From the IMG/VR virus record IMGVR_UViG_3300032293_000813, positions 23,000 to 86,999 of that record: a DNA stretch of 64,000 nt; one strand, written 5' to 3'. The notes under the pieces are model-generated. The model worked only from the letters and a program-made list of their open reading frames with translations. It ran no database searches and was not told the origin of the DNA. The translations under genes and the position numbers were made by a program. Numbering within the stretch: position 1 is the first letter of the stretch; the number at the start of each line of letters is the position of its first letter. Shown here piece by piece: positions 39,641 to 50,500 of the stretch. Source of the stretch: a virus. Taxonomy: Duplodnaviria > Heunggongvirae > Uroviricota > Caudoviricetes.

Positions 39641-40687
39641 TTAATTACTTAATGGTGCTTTAATTTTTGGATGTGATTCGTATCCTATTAATTCGAAACA
39701 ATCGGGTCTATAACTTTTAAGTTTCTCATCTAAAGTTTTTTCACCTAATCTCTCTTTAACCAATTGATGTTGATACCAATTCCTTTCGGTAATTTGTATT
39801 GTTGGTAAATCAAATGATGTTCTACTGATTTGTTCTTTTGCCTGTTCGATATGATTTTTATACAGATGAACATCTCCTAAGTTTCCAATCAGTTCATCCG
39901 GAATCATATTAACTTCCTTTGCAATAATCTCTAATAACAATCCGTATGATGCAATGTTAAATGGTAATCCTAAAAATGTATCTACACTTCTTTGATTCCA
40001 CATTAGGGAGATTGCTCTATATTTTCCTGGATTAACTATCTTTTCTTCTCTTGTTGTTTTTCTCGTGTAAAGTTGAAATCCATAATGACAGGGTGGAAGA
40101 ACCATTTGGTCTAACTCACCTACATTCCAAGCAGATACCATCAATCTTCTACTATCTGGATTTGTTTTAAGTTCGTTGATTAGGTTTTGGATTTGGTCAG
40201 TATCTTTACTACTCCAATCTTCTTGCCAATATTGACTTGTATCTACACTTTCCCAATTTCTCCATTGCTTACCATAGATTGGTCCTAACTCACCCCATTT
40301 TTCAGCAAATGTTTCATCGGTTTTGATTTTGTTCGTGAATTGTTCTTTTGTTAAACAAACATTATCATATGGCCCAGAGAATGGTGGATTTTCTTTTAAC
40401 CATTCTGTTTGATAGTTTTTATAAGCATCACCATCCCAAATATGACAATCATAATCCAATAGGAATTTAATATTAGTATCACCTCTTAAAAACCATAGGA
40501 GTTCTGTTACGATAGAATTCCAATGCATCTTCTTTGTAGTAAGTAATGGAAACCCTTCACTCATTTTGTGTCGAAATTGATGTCCGAATTCTGATATAGT
40601 ACCAGTTCCGGTTCTATCTTCTTTCTCTACACCAAATTCAATTATATCACTTAATAGTTGTTGATATTTTTTGTCTAAGTTATTCAT
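39641..40687 (-). CDS. thyA: Thymidylate synthase
   Basis: DRTGTGT, FPLLTTKK, ELLWFLRG, LGPIYGKQW, LPPCH, QRSVDTFLGLPFNIASY and GDVHLY. Confidence 0.97.
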   Translation of the reverse strand: MNNLDKKYQQLLSDIIEFGVEKEDRTGTGTISEFGHQFRHKMSEGFPLLTTKKMHWNSIVTELLWFLRGDTNIKFLLDYDCHIWDGDAYKNYQTEWLKENPPFSGPYDNVCLTKEQFTNKIKTDETFAEKWGELGPIYGKQWRNWESVDTSQYWQEDWSSKDTDQIQNLINELKTNPDSRRLMVSAWNVGELDQMVLPPCHYGFQLYTRKTTREEKIVNPGKYRAISLMWNQRSVDTFLGLPFNIASYGLLLEIIAKEVNMIPDELIGNLGDVHLYKNHIEQAKEQISRTSFDLPTIQITERNWYQHQLVKERLGEKTLDEKLKSYRPDCFELIGYESHPKIKAPLSN

Positions 40688-41616
40688 TATGTAAACGATA
40701 GTTTTAATCTTATTAAATCCTCAAATGATGAGGTTGTGTTTTGTTGTATTTGTTTTGTTACTTCTACAAATCCCATTTCCGAAGGGTCTTTCCCACTTAA
40801 TCTAACTAACTTACAATCGATTCCATTTGCAGTTAAGTATTCATAGTGTCTAATCGCATCTCCCATTGCATCATCATCTAATACAATATTGATTGATGGT
40901 TTTTCCGTTAGGATTTTATCGGTTAATTCTTTCGATAATGTTTTACCCAATACCGGAGAAGCATTTCTTTTGATTGCTATTGCATCAAATGCTCCTTCAC
41001 AAAGTGTTACGGGCATTTTCCAATTTATCATTGATTCAAATCCAATTATATTTTTTGATACAGGTGGATTCTTATATTTTAATTTCTCATCTGGATAAAT
41101 ACTTCTAGCCAAAAAGAAATTAAGTTGATGAAGTGAATTGTAAGATGGTACAATAATTCTCCCTTTATACATACCACCATCACAATATCCTATTTTATGT
41201 TTGAGAATATCTTTATCAGTTATACCTCTTTTCTTTAGGTAATTATACGCTACTCTGAACTCTATGATATGCTGATTATCCAAAAGAGTTTTATATTCCG
41301 ATGGTAAATGTATCTCTACAAACTCTTCATCTTCTGCTCTTGCTACATATCCAGACTCATCGTAGATTTTCATTACCTTTTGGATAACATCATAATCTAC
41401 ACTTAACTTCTTTAATAGAGAGTGAACCTTCTTACCCCTAGCATTACACACCCAACATCTCCATTTCTGTGATTCTAAGTTGACCTGTAATTTAGGTTTA
41501 TGGTGGGAACAAAATGGGCAATAGTATTGGATTTCGGAACTACCTAAGTTTCTTCCTTCTCCCAAAACTATATTCATTTGACCTAATACATATTGCTTAT
41601 CTATTTCCGATATCAT
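40687..41616 (-). CDS. DNA primase (zinc finger + TOPRIM)
   Basis: CPFCSHH...CWVC zinc finger, LCEGAFDA, LDDDA and KDP. Confidence 0.9.
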   Translation of the reverse strand: MISEIDKQYVLGQMNIVLGEGRNLGSSEIQYYCPFCSHHKPKLQVNLESQKWRCWVCNARGKKVHSLLKKLSVDYDVIQKVMKIYDESGYVARAEDEEFVEIHLPSEYKTLLDNQHIIEFRVAYNYLKKRGITDKDILKHKIGYCDGGMYKGRIIVPSYNSLHQLNFFLARSIYPDEKLKYKNPPVSKNIIGFESMINWKMPVTLCEGAFDAIAIKRNASPVLGKTLSKELTDKILTEKPSINIVLDDDAMGDAIRHYEYLTANGIDCKLVRLSGKDPSEMGFVEVTKQIQQNTTSSFEDLIRLKLSFT

Positions 41617-42343
41617 ATCTTTCTTTTAACCAATTAATATACCATCTATTACCACGATTATTAAAGTGAATATCTAATTTAGATACAAAGTATTCTGGAT
41701 GATTTTCTGCTATATAAGATTGTACACTATTGAACTCACCAAACTTAATGTGATTACTATTTATTTCACGAAGAAGAACTCTATCCTTTCTAAATGGGTT
41801 GATTCCATTTAACGATACATCAAAATCACTTGAGTAGAAAAGGTATTCTAAATTAATACCAATCGATTTTGCCAGATTCTTTAATAGGTTTACTTCTAAC
41901 AGTAAATCATTTAATATATTCATTTCATTTCGATTTATAAAAAATCCCAAATAAGGCATGAATACCATTTTGATTAAATCCGAATCTTTTGTACCCATAT
42001 TTGGGTATAAAGTATAATATCTATTATTGAAAATATCACCATCTCCATATTGAGTGACGGATGTTTCATATGAATAAATTCTCCTTAGTAAATCTTTTTC
42101 ATGCGGAATATTTGATTCATTAACACACATTCTACTACAAACGGTTAATTGAACTAGTATCGTGCTACCACTTACATCAATGTTCTGTTCTAAAATTTTA
42201 GTAAGCTTTAGCTTAACCAATTTAAGGATATGTTCGTTTGATAACGAATGATGTGTATTAAATTCTATATCGTTTAGATAACAGTCTTTAATATCCTCAG
42301 TAAATAACGAGAATGAATCTCCGAAAAGATACAATTTTTTCAT
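41597..42343 (-). CDS. SGNH/GDSL-like protein
   Basis: LFGDSFS block I and DIHFNNRGN block V-like; start set at MKKLYLF (42343) because the promoter -7 box overlaps the upstream ATG. Confidence 0.55.
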   Translation of the reverse strand: MKKLYLFGDSFSLFTEDIKDCYLNDIEFNTHHSLSNEHILKLVKLKLTKILEQNIDVSGSTILVQLTVCSRMCVNESNIPHEKDLLRRIYSYETSVTQYGDGDIFNNRYYTLYPNMGTKDSDLIKMVFMPYLGFFINRNEMNILNDLLLEVNLLKNLAKSIGINLEYLFYSSDFDVSLNGINPFRKDRVLLREINSNHIKFGEFNSVQSYIAENHPEYFVSKLDIHFNNRGNRWYINWLKERYDIGNR

Positions 42344-42378
42344 ACCCAAATATACGAAATTATTTGGAGATTTCCAAA
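42344..42378 (-). promoter_or_regulatory. Bacteroidota sigmaA-type promoter for the SGNH-primase-thyA-cupin unit
   Basis: TTTG (42378-42375), a 20-nt spacer and TATATTTG (42354-42347). Confidence 0.7.
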
Positions 42379-43184
42379 TATTTTTTGTAAAGCTGATTAG
42401 CTAACCAATTGTGTGATTCTAAACAAGGATGGTCATCATTTACTCCTATATTTTCTCTTAGAGTGAGAGAACACTTTCTATTCATTATATCCCAACTTTC
42501 ATAGGGAACATCATTGTATATGGTAGGTAGATAATGCTCATCATTCTTAACTATATCATATATAAGATTTCTCGAATACTCTTCAACTGAACCGAGTAGA
42601 AATATACATTTACACCCATATTTCTCCTCTAATATAGTGAATCTTTTTTTAACTTCCAAAAGCATTGTGTTAAATATTTTCACAAGTATTGGATTCATTT
42701 TTTCTATATCACCCTTTGTTTGAATATGAGTAGGGTTTAATCTAGCTACTGCATATTTTATATCTTCGTAGAGTTCAGCTCCGAATACTCCACCGGTATT
42801 TCTGTATTTACTCTGAGTATGCCCAATATCTCTAATGATATTAGTAAATTGAAATACACATAATTTTGGAGTTATTCCATTTTCCGATTTAAGATAATCC
42901 AACCATATATCCATTGTTTCTAATGCCCCATAATTACTACCCCCATTCCCAAAGTTAGATACTCTACTAACTCCCATAAGTTTTCCTAATAATCCACTAT
43001 AGTTATTATCCATTCTATATTCATAGAATTCCGAAAATGTTTCACTTACAGTTTGACATGGTTCATATGAAGTTTTACCTTTGAATTTATCAAATGTATT
43101 ACTATACTTATCTTTCCATAAATGAAATTGTAATCCCTCACCATAGGTAAATGAATCACCTATTGTAATTAATAAATCACTCAT
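42360..43184 (-). CDS. SGNH/GDSL-like protein
   Basis: IGDSFTYG, NFGNGGSN and DDHPCLESH. Confidence 0.6.
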   Translation of the reverse strand: MSDLLITIGDSFTYGEGLQFHLWKDKYSNTFDKFKGKTSYEPCQTVSETFSEFYEYRMDNNYSGLLGKLMGVSRVSNFGNGGSNYGALETMDIWLDYLKSENGITPKLCVFQFTNIIRDIGHTQSKYRNTGGVFGAELYEDIKYAVARLNPTHIQTKGDIEKMNPILVKIFNTMLLEVKKRFTILEEKYGCKCIFLLGSVEEYSRNLIYDIVKNDEHYLPTIYNDVPYESWDIMNRKCSLTLRENIGVNDDHPCLESHNWLANQLYKKYLEISK

Positions 43185-43623
43185 ATGTTGGTAAATCTTT
43201 TCGGAAAAACTTTCCTAAAATGTTATCATTAAAATAAACATCTCCATTTTCCAATACTCCTAATGAGAATAGATACTTTGTTTCCAAATATGTAAGATGC
43301 TTTGGGGCAAAGGCAAATTCAATAATCGTTCTTTCGAATTCTTCTTTTTTACCTTCTTTTATAAGTTGCTTGATTTCAGAGTGAGAACCATAATATGATT
43401 TCCAATCACTCTCTTTTTGAACCTTCTTTTTCTTACTAGCTCTTTTATCAGTTATTTCAGCTAGTTCTTTTTTACCTAATGCTTTTGTAGTTACTGATAT
43501 AAGTTGTTTCCTTCCGATATATTTCTTACCAGATGGTTTATGTAATACCTCATATACAAACCCAAATGCTCCATAGGGAATCTCACTTATATCTGAGATT
43601 TCCCCTTTATCATATTTCCACAT
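43177..43623 (-). CDS. GIY-YIG-like (Seg-like) nuclease-family protein
   Basis: GFVY...KKYIGRK...YYGS...ERTII...E...N pattern. Confidence 0.65.
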   Translation of the reverse strand: MWKYDKGEISDISEIPYGAFGFVYEVLHKPSGKKYIGRKQLISVTTKALGKKELAEITDKRASKKKKVQKESDWKSYYGSHSEIKQLIKEGKKEEFERTIIEFAFAPKHLTYLETKYLFSLGVLENGDVYFNDNILGKFFRKDLPTYE

Positions 43624-43638
43624 AACCTTTATTTTTTA

Positions 43639-43872
43639 CTATCTCTTTACAGTAGAAGTGTAATTAATTCCGTTTACTTTACCTTTTCTAGCTGCTTCCA
43701 ATACTTTATCATCTAATCTAAAATCTGTGATTCCTTGTACAGCTTTGGGAGTAAACCCATTAACTGCTATTTGTCCACCTACTTTAGGTTTAATAAAATC
43801 TACCGATTGCCCTGAAGCGTTCTTCTCCTTTATTCTAGAGGTTTTGTATAAATCAATAATTTGCTTTGCCAT
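43639..43872 (-). CDS. Small basic hypothetical protein
   Basis: 77 aa, preceded by the late-promoter motif at 43889-43897. Confidence 0.6.
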   Translation of the reverse strand: MAKQIIDLYKTSRIKEKNASGQSVDFIKPKVGGQIAVNGFTPKAVQGITDFRLDDKVLEAARKGKVNGINYTSTVKR

Positions 43873-43888
43873 ATGTGTGTATGTTTTA

Positions 43889-43897
43889 TATAAATAT
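43889..43897 (-). promoter_or_regulatory. Putative late promoter
   Basis: ATATTTATA upstream of ATG 43872. Confidence 0.55.
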
Positions 43898-43911
43898 TAC
43901 TTCGTAACGGA

Positions 43912-45453
43912 TTAAGTATCAAAACGAACTACTATATTAACTGGGTAATCAGGTGTTGATTTTGGTTTGGAAGGTAACTTTGCTACTGCAACTAAATTCA
44001 TCTCATCATCGTACAATCCAACCGTAGTTATATATGGTGCCAGATACGAACCTGTTGGGTCTAGCGAAGAGCTAAACTCATACTCACCAAATCCTATTGA
44101 ACGAGTAACCGAAGTGCCAGGTGCCCCCCACGATGAGGTATAATTAAATACATTCTCTGATTTAATTCTGAAATCTAAATCATAGAAAGAACCACTATCT
44201 CCTAATGAAGCGGGTTGGTTTTCTATATACTTATTTATATACAATCCTCCACTATAATGTGTTGTTGCAGATGGATTTGTTGATGTGTTAAATTCGGTTG
44301 GATGTACCTCTAAAAATACTTCATTTTCAAATATTGTTTTGGTAGATTGAAAACTCATTTGATATCCCTCACTTCCAAACTCAAAATTTGTACCTTCCAT
44401 ATATACACCACTACTTGTAGTAAACCCGGTTTGCCAAGTTACAGTAGCTATACCATTTGCATAAAATATATTACCTAATGATTTTTTAGGATTCTGAATT
44501 GGGTAGGGTAAATTCCATTCTACATCTGCGAACATAGTTCCGGACATAACATCTATTTCATCTATATCTCTACTATCAATTCCATATGGTCTATCATTTT
44601 GGTACTGATATGATATAACTTCATCATTATTAACCATATCATCTCCAAAATCATTTTCATATAAATTAAATGTATAATCTAATCCTTCAGTAGTTCGTAT
44701 AGTCATACTGCCAGTATCGTTACTTCCACTAAAATCTAACTCCACAAATCCTAAGAAATCCCTATCATTATCTATTAAATTTGATTTACCATCATCTACA
44801 ATAGTTACAAATTCACCTTTTTTTCCTTTTGAATTTCTTTTTCTACCATAATCCACTACTCTGAATGAGCCTGGTTTGATACCTTCTCCTACAAATTTTT
44901 GTGGTATATTCCATAAGAAAAATCTATTACCGATGTTTCTCTCTTGTACAGAACCTAAGTTATTCATAGCTCCATACATCTTAGTAATATCCGTAAATTT
45001 ACCCGCTAATATCTGTCCTCTATCACTAACAATATAACCATGATTATCCAAATAAGATTGAAATTCATCTATATAAGAATCTGTTGTGGAATCATAATAG
45101 TATTCATATGTAATTGTATCATTTGTAGAATCATTAATATCTTGTATATTGTAATATCTTTGTTTCTTTGCTTTATGCTTTTCTAAATTCCAATTGGTTA
45201 CAACCGCTACTAATTTAGGTGCATTGTTATAAAACATCGCCCTAACACTTCTATCGGTTGCATATTCATTATAGGAATATTGGAAATCATAATTACTACC
45301 TGAGCCAAATAATTTAAATCCCTCATAATCCTCAAACGCACCTTCTCTATGTTGAATAGCGTGGAGATTAATGGTATCTTCATTAAAAGACCAGTTTTTA
45401 TAGACCTTAAACGGTCTTATCGTAATATCCGATTTAGAAATTGATTTAAACAT
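43912..45453 (-). CDS. Putative tail/baseplate structural protein
   Basis: C-terminus YITTVGLYDDEMNLVAVAK is paralogous to that of 45566-46813; structural-gene context. Confidence 0.55.
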   Translation of the reverse strand: MFKSISKSDITIRPFKVYKNWSFNEDTINLHAIQHREGAFEDYEGFKLFGSGSNYDFQYSYNEYATDRSVRAMFYNNAPKLVAVVTNWNLEKHKAKKQRYYNIQDINDSTNDTITYEYYYDSTTDSYIDEFQSYLDNHGYIVSDRGQILAGKFTDITKMYGAMNNLGSVQERNIGNRFFLWNIPQKFVGEGIKPGSFRVVDYGRKRNSKGKKGEFVTIVDDGKSNLIDNDRDFLGFVELDFSGSNDTGSMTIRTTEGLDYTFNLYENDFGDDMVNNDEVISYQYQNDRPYGIDSRDIDEIDVMSGTMFADVEWNLPYPIQNPKKSLGNIFYANGIATVTWQTGFTTSSGVYMEGTNFEFGSEGYQMSFQSTKTIFENEVFLEVHPTEFNTSTNPSATTHYSGGLYINKYIENQPASLGDSGSFYDLDFRIKSENVFNYTSSWGAPGTSVTRSIGFGEYEFSSSLDPTGSYLAPYITTVGLYDDEMNLVAVAKLPSKPKSTPDYPVNIVVRFDT

Positions 45454-45458
45454 ACACC

Positions 45459-45467
45459 AATAAATAT
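45459..45467 (-). promoter_or_regulatory. Putative late promoter restarting after the terminator
   Basis: ATATTTATT between the terminator at 45475-45497 and ATG 45453. Confidence 0.6.
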
Positions 45468-45474
45468 CACAATT

Positions 45475-45497
45475 AAAAAAACCCGCCGAAGCGGGTT
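45475..45497 (-). terminator. Rho-independent terminator
   Basis: Minus strand AACCCGC-TTCG-GCGGGTT followed by a T-run: a 7-bp stem with a cUUCGg tetraloop. Confidence 0.9.
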
Positions 45498-45502
45498 CTA
45501 TT

Positions 45503-45580
45503 AAAATTAAGGTTTAAAAATAAAGTTTAAAAGCAAAGTTTAAAAATGAAGTTTAAAAATAAAGTTTAAAAGTCAAGTTT
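45503..45580 (-). repeat. Six 13-bp degenerate tandem repeats starting in the last codons of the 45566-46813 gene
   Basis: Minus strand AAACTTGACTTTT/AAACTTTATTTTT/AAACTTCATTTTT/AAACTTTGCTTTT/AAACTTTATTTTT/AAACCTTAATTTT. Confidence 0.9.
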
Positions 45581-46813
45581 TACCTTAATCAACACCTCCT
45601 TATCGAAGGATTTTGCTATTGGTTGGGAAGTTTTAGCCACCGCCAATAATTCGTTAGCATCGTTGAATAAACCAACTGCTGTAATGTATGTTTTAGGGTC
45701 TGTTTCAAAAGAAGGTTCTCTTAAAGTACCATCTGAACCACTTGTGAATGTAGGATTATTAGAGAAGTTAAACTCTCTATTTGTTGCTCTTACAAAGAAG
45801 TGTTGAGTTGATACGTTTTCAGTTCTTCTCATTTCAAAATCAGCTCCACCTTTAATTGCGTTAAATATTCTTCTGTGATTATAAGTTTCAGCCGTAGGAG
45901 TTGTAGCGATAGATGGTGATAATTCTGAACCTACTACGGTTGCAATCGCCGCTGGATTTAATAAAACTATACCTAATTTAGGGTAGAATTTACCAAATCC
46001 TTGTTGGTTAGAAGCAGTATATGTATTAATCGTTGCATCTAATTCAGTTCCTAAGTTATTAGAACCTGATACAATATTAAATACAGTTCCAGCTTTACCA
46101 GCTTTATCAGAGAACTTTTTACCACTATCATCTATAAAAGTAAATGAAGTACCATTAGAACCACTTAATGTAATTTTAATGTTACCAGCATCAGCTTGTT
46201 GTCTATATCTAGCTCTAGCTAAGTTAATAACATAAATTTGGTCAGATTGATATCCATCTTCTACTGAAGAAGAATAAAAAGTAAAGAAATCATCTGCTAC
46301 ACCTTCGTAGTTATCATTTAAGAGAATTCTATACTGAGAGTAGATTGCTTTAGTAGGTAATAATGCCGCATCAGATGTTGTTAACTGAACTGAACCACTA
46401 CCATTTTTATGTCCATATGCTACCGCAAATTCTATTGGTGCAGATGAACCTGTGTTAGAACCTGTTAAGAATACATTTAAGTAATATTTCGATGCATCCG
46501 AACCACTATGTCCTGCTATAGTTGTAGTAGAACCGGTTGCAATTGCTCCGTTCAAACTACCACTACCATTACTCCATAATCCTTCAGTTACTACTTCAAT
46601 TTTATTTGAAATAACATCAAAATCTCCGAATTTTTTATATATTCCGTTTGAAATAACCCCACCACTTGTCAAACCTACTTTTTCATTAGCAGGAAGATAT
46701 TGGTTTAATAAATTAGCTACTGTAGTAGAATCTATTAATCCAGCATTATCCACTAAATATTGGGAAAGTTTCTGGGTTAAATCTGCTCCTTGTGCTCCTG
46801 TAATTTGTGCCAT
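45566..46813 (-). CDS. Putative tail/baseplate structural protein
   Basis: SGS-rich; C-terminus TYITAVGLFNDANELLAVAK resembles the tail-collar (DUF3751/P2 gpH N-terminal) motif E.GLFD..G.L.AVA. Confidence 0.55.
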   Translation of the reverse strand: MAQITGAQGADLTQKLSQYLVDNAGLIDSTTVANLLNQYLPANEKVGLTSGGVISNGIYKKFGDFDVISNKIEVVTEGLWSNGSGSLNGAIATGSTTTIAGHSGSDASKYYLNVFLTGSNTGSSAPIEFAVAYGHKNGSGSVQLTTSDAALLPTKAIYSQYRILLNDNYEGVADDFFTFYSSSVEDGYQSDQIYVINLARARYRQQADAGNIKITLSGSNGTSFTFIDDSGKKFSDKAGKAGTVFNIVSGSNNLGTELDATINTYTASNQQGFGKFYPKLGIVLLNPAAIATVVGSELSPSIATTPTAETYNHRRIFNAIKGGADFEMRRTENVSTQHFFVRATNREFNFSNNPTFTSGSDGTLREPSFETDPKTYITAVGLFNDANELLAVAKTSQPIAKSFDKEVLIKVKLDF

Positions 46814-46830
46814 CTTATTATATTATATTT

Positions 46831-47445
46831 TTATGCTACATAGTTTACTGTCACCGGAATAGAAATCGAACCACCTGTTTCGTTTCCATAAACTGTCAAT
46901 GTTGTTACCACTGCCGAAGTTAAATTCGGATTAGGGATGAATTCGAAAGATAAACCTTTCTTAACATCCGCCGTAGCAGTTACGTTATCACTAACAGAAA
47001 TTTGTCCTGATGTTGCTATACCTAACCCTACCAATGTACCTGCTGTCTTATCAGCTAATACCGCTGTGTAACCACTTGTAGTGTTACCCGCTGGTGAAGT
47101 TGTAGGTGTAATAGAAACCTTACCTCTCGTCTGATTAGTACTAATAGCAGTTGTGCCGATTGATACTTGAGGTATTTTAGTTGTGTTTTTTGGAAGAGTT
47201 ACAAGTTTGTATCTCAAAACCTGTGTTTCATCTGGAGAAGCTTCTAATATAGGGGTGGCTTTAATTGCTGCATCGTAATAAGCAGAACCCTTTGGGTGTG
47301 CTGCATCAAACAATTGGTAATCAATCTCATCATCACCCAATGCGAATTGAGTAATACCTAAGCTTTGACCTGCTGCCAATTTCTCTCTACCTTTTTTAGT
47401 TAGAATAGCATCTACAATGATTTCCGAGTTATCTAAGTATGCCAT
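46831..47445 (-). CDS. Putative tail/baseplate structural protein
   Basis: N-terminal DAILTKKGREKLAAG...ITQFALGD resembles the start of tail-collar (DUF3751-like) domains. Confidence 0.55.
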   Translation of the reverse strand: MAYLDNSEIIVDAILTKKGREKLAAGQSLGITQFALGDDEIDYQLFDAAHPKGSAYYDAAIKATPILEASPDETQVLRYKLVTLPKNTTKIPQVSIGTTAISTNQTRGKVSITPTTSPAGNTTSGYTAVLADKTAGTLVGLGIATSGQISVSDNVTATADVKKGLSFEFIPNPNLTSAVVTTLTVYGNETGGSISIPVTVNYVA

Positions 47446-47473
47446 ATGTTGGTTTTCTTTTTGTTATTTCTAT

Positions 47474-47482
47474 TATAAATAT
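47474..47482 (-). promoter_or_regulatory. Putative late promoter
   Basis: ATATTTATA upstream of ATG 47445. Confidence 0.55.
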
Positions 47483-47510
47483 ATAACTTATTCGTTTTAT
47501 ACAAAATCTT

Positions 47511-50500
47511 TTAATCTACTTCTAATATTGGTTCTCCACTACCTCTTCCAGCTGCTCCAACTCTTAATCTATTAGGGTTGGTTGTGAAGGTTTCTACAGC
47601 AGAAGTTCCATCTAAAGTTGTACGAGATGTTTGCTTAGAACCCTCATAAAAACTATTTTCTAAACCTCTACATGTATCCTTTGTATTACTATAGTGACCA
47701 GATGTTAATCCTACAAATGGTTGAATTGCAGTTATCACACCATTTTTATATGGATATGTTCCTACCCCAGCTAAAATATCTATATAAAATGAATGTTGTA
47801 ATGGGCTTCTAAACGCGGGAGTAACCAATGAATAATCTATTGGGTCAATTAAAATTAATTTCTTTTCATATCTCTCCACTTTCTCCAATACTACTTTATC
47901 CGTAGCACTCAATTTAGTTGTATTAAATAATGAACTAGATAATCCATTTGCAGGAACTCTTCTAGGGATACTTCTAGTATATTTTACAGTTATAATATAT
48001 GAGTTATATCTCTGAGTTAAAACTAAATTACCATTATCATCGTAATACGTTCTATCAACCGCTCCATTGAATCCTACTAGCCCAAACCCTTTATTAAATG
48101 GAGAATCCGCATCATTACCTATTTGTTGGTATGAATCTTCTAAATCAACTTCACCTAAAATAGTAGGATTTTTCAATCCGCAATCTATTTCTATTACAAT
48201 ACCCCCTGCATTTGGTAAATTTGATAATATAGATGCACTAGATGTAATATTTCCAATAACACTATAATTTCCTCCAAAAGTAGGATATTCGGTTGTTATA
48301 TTTAAATTTTCAATTATATCATAACTTCCTGAATAATATGGAATAGTTGCTTCAAATCTTATACCTTCATTCATATTAAGTGAACCTGTATATGAAGGAA
48401 CACTCATTTCTATTAAAGTGGTCTCCATTGTGTTAATAGAAGCAGTGTGTAAAATATTTTCAGCTACCGGTTTGGTAATCTTAATTTTACTTCTCTCTAA
48501 TAACGATGGTTCAATTAATAATCCTTTTGATACGTTAGCTCTGACAGGTATTACCTGAGTAAGCATATCAAATAATGATTTATCTATTGATTTTATTAAT
48601 TTAATATACTCATCAAAATTTAGCTGAGTTCTTTCGAAATAATAGTTTCTAAGTTGGTCCAAATCTCTATAAGTATCAGTTCCATATTCCTCATCCCAAT
48701 CACCAATATAATCTCCAATATTAATAGGGCCTAATGAACGAAGAATATCCAAATTTATTTCTTTAACAGGTGAGAAGAATAATCCCAATCTGTTTGAATC
48801 AATCGGTGCTCTATCATACGCTTTTTTAGTTGCTCTTTGTTTATATGATAGCTGACCGGTTAATGTGATATCTTCTGTTCGTACTTTATCCTTTCCTACA
48901 AATCCTATTGATGGCACTTCAGCAGTTACAAATCTTTCATACACATCATAATGATATGGATACGAACTTGCAGTTGTAAAAATACTAGCAGTTATATAAC
49001 CACTATATCCACTTACAACAATTTGTTTATTATTAGTATCTAAAGAAGATGTATATGTTACAAATGGTGCTACGTTCTTTATAAATTTATCACCACTTCC
49101 AGTTTGTCTATTTTTAGGATATTCAAAATCTGAACGGAAAAAAAGGTCTGATGTGGATGAATAAACATCATTACCAAATATTGTATCTGGATTTAATGTA
49201 TGTGATGTTATTACTGATTCGCTCAATGCTCCACCCCAAATTCTTACCTCATCTATTGAACCACTAATACCACCTGCATTTTGCCCACCAAAGTTAATCG
49301 TACTACCACTTAACCAAGATATAGCAGTATAATATTTTGCATTAGAAACTAACGAACCTGAGTTAGATGTTACTAATAAATTTAATTCATCCGATTCACT
49401 AATATTGATTCTATCTCCATTAGCTTGTTTATAATACATTGTGTATTGTTCATAATCTAAACTTCTAGTTAATGTATTGCCTATATACTCATCTCTACTA
49501 ACAACTTCTCTTTGAATAGTAAAGTGTTTATATGAGTTATCAAATATAGGAACATTTTGAATACTCATTGATACTAATTCAGAACCCGAAGTTACTACTC
49601 CAGGAGAAATGTAAACATTACTACTAGCACTCATTTGGAATACTATATCACCATATATGGTAGAACCCGATGGTACTAACTTAACATTCCATATACCACT
49701 ACCATTTCCGCCGATGTTTACTAAACTTTGTGTATGGTAAAGAGTTGTAGAAGGTGGAAATAAATAAGGTAATACAGATGTTTTAAATCTAAGTTCGATT
49801 GCATCAGGGTCATTGAATGATGTTCCTTCTTTCCAATCAACGGTAAGATATTCATCTCTAGAAATGTTAAGTGCAGCAGTTCTATCTTCGTATGTATATT
49901 TAGTACTCTGAGACCCGCTATTTGCAGGCCCTCCAAATTCAACTATTGTTAATAATGAAGATGGTACACCATAACAAGCCATAATTGCATTAATAGCTTT
50001 CTTAGTTCCTTTATGTTTTAAAAGGTATGGTAAGTTATTTAGTATTCTTCTCCAAACTTGATTTCTTGCTTGCTCAGGAGTAAATGAAGAACCAACATCG
50101 TTTCCTAAAACATTCGAATTTGAATTAGTGCTACCATCTTCGTTTAACCCAAATGCCTGTTTCCATAATTGGTGACCACTAAATGGTTGTTTCGGGTCCC
50201 ATCCAAATGATTCCAATAAAGTATAAACCAACTTATCTGATATGCCATCGGTTGATTTATTTGATATTTTTCTTATTCTATTTATACCATTTATATATGA
50301 CCAGATAACATCAAAATGCTGTCCAATCATTTCCATGAATATTAAAAATTCATTACTCGAAGTATCTTCCTGAATATATTGAGGTAAATGTTTTACTAAA
50401 TAATTCTTATTGTTTCTATCATATACATCTCCGTAATCAGTTTGTATTTCAAAAAATTGAGCATTAGATGAACTAATTCCATAATCAAAATACATCTTTT

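Noticed and set aside
39641-40687. dCMP/dUMP hydroxymethylase for base modification
   Set aside because: It retains the ThyA specificity Asn (PFNIASY) and all canonical ThyA motifs, so ordinary dTMP synthase is the simpler call.
45503-45580. CRISPR array
   Set aside because: The units are 13 bp and contiguous, with no spacers and no cas genes.
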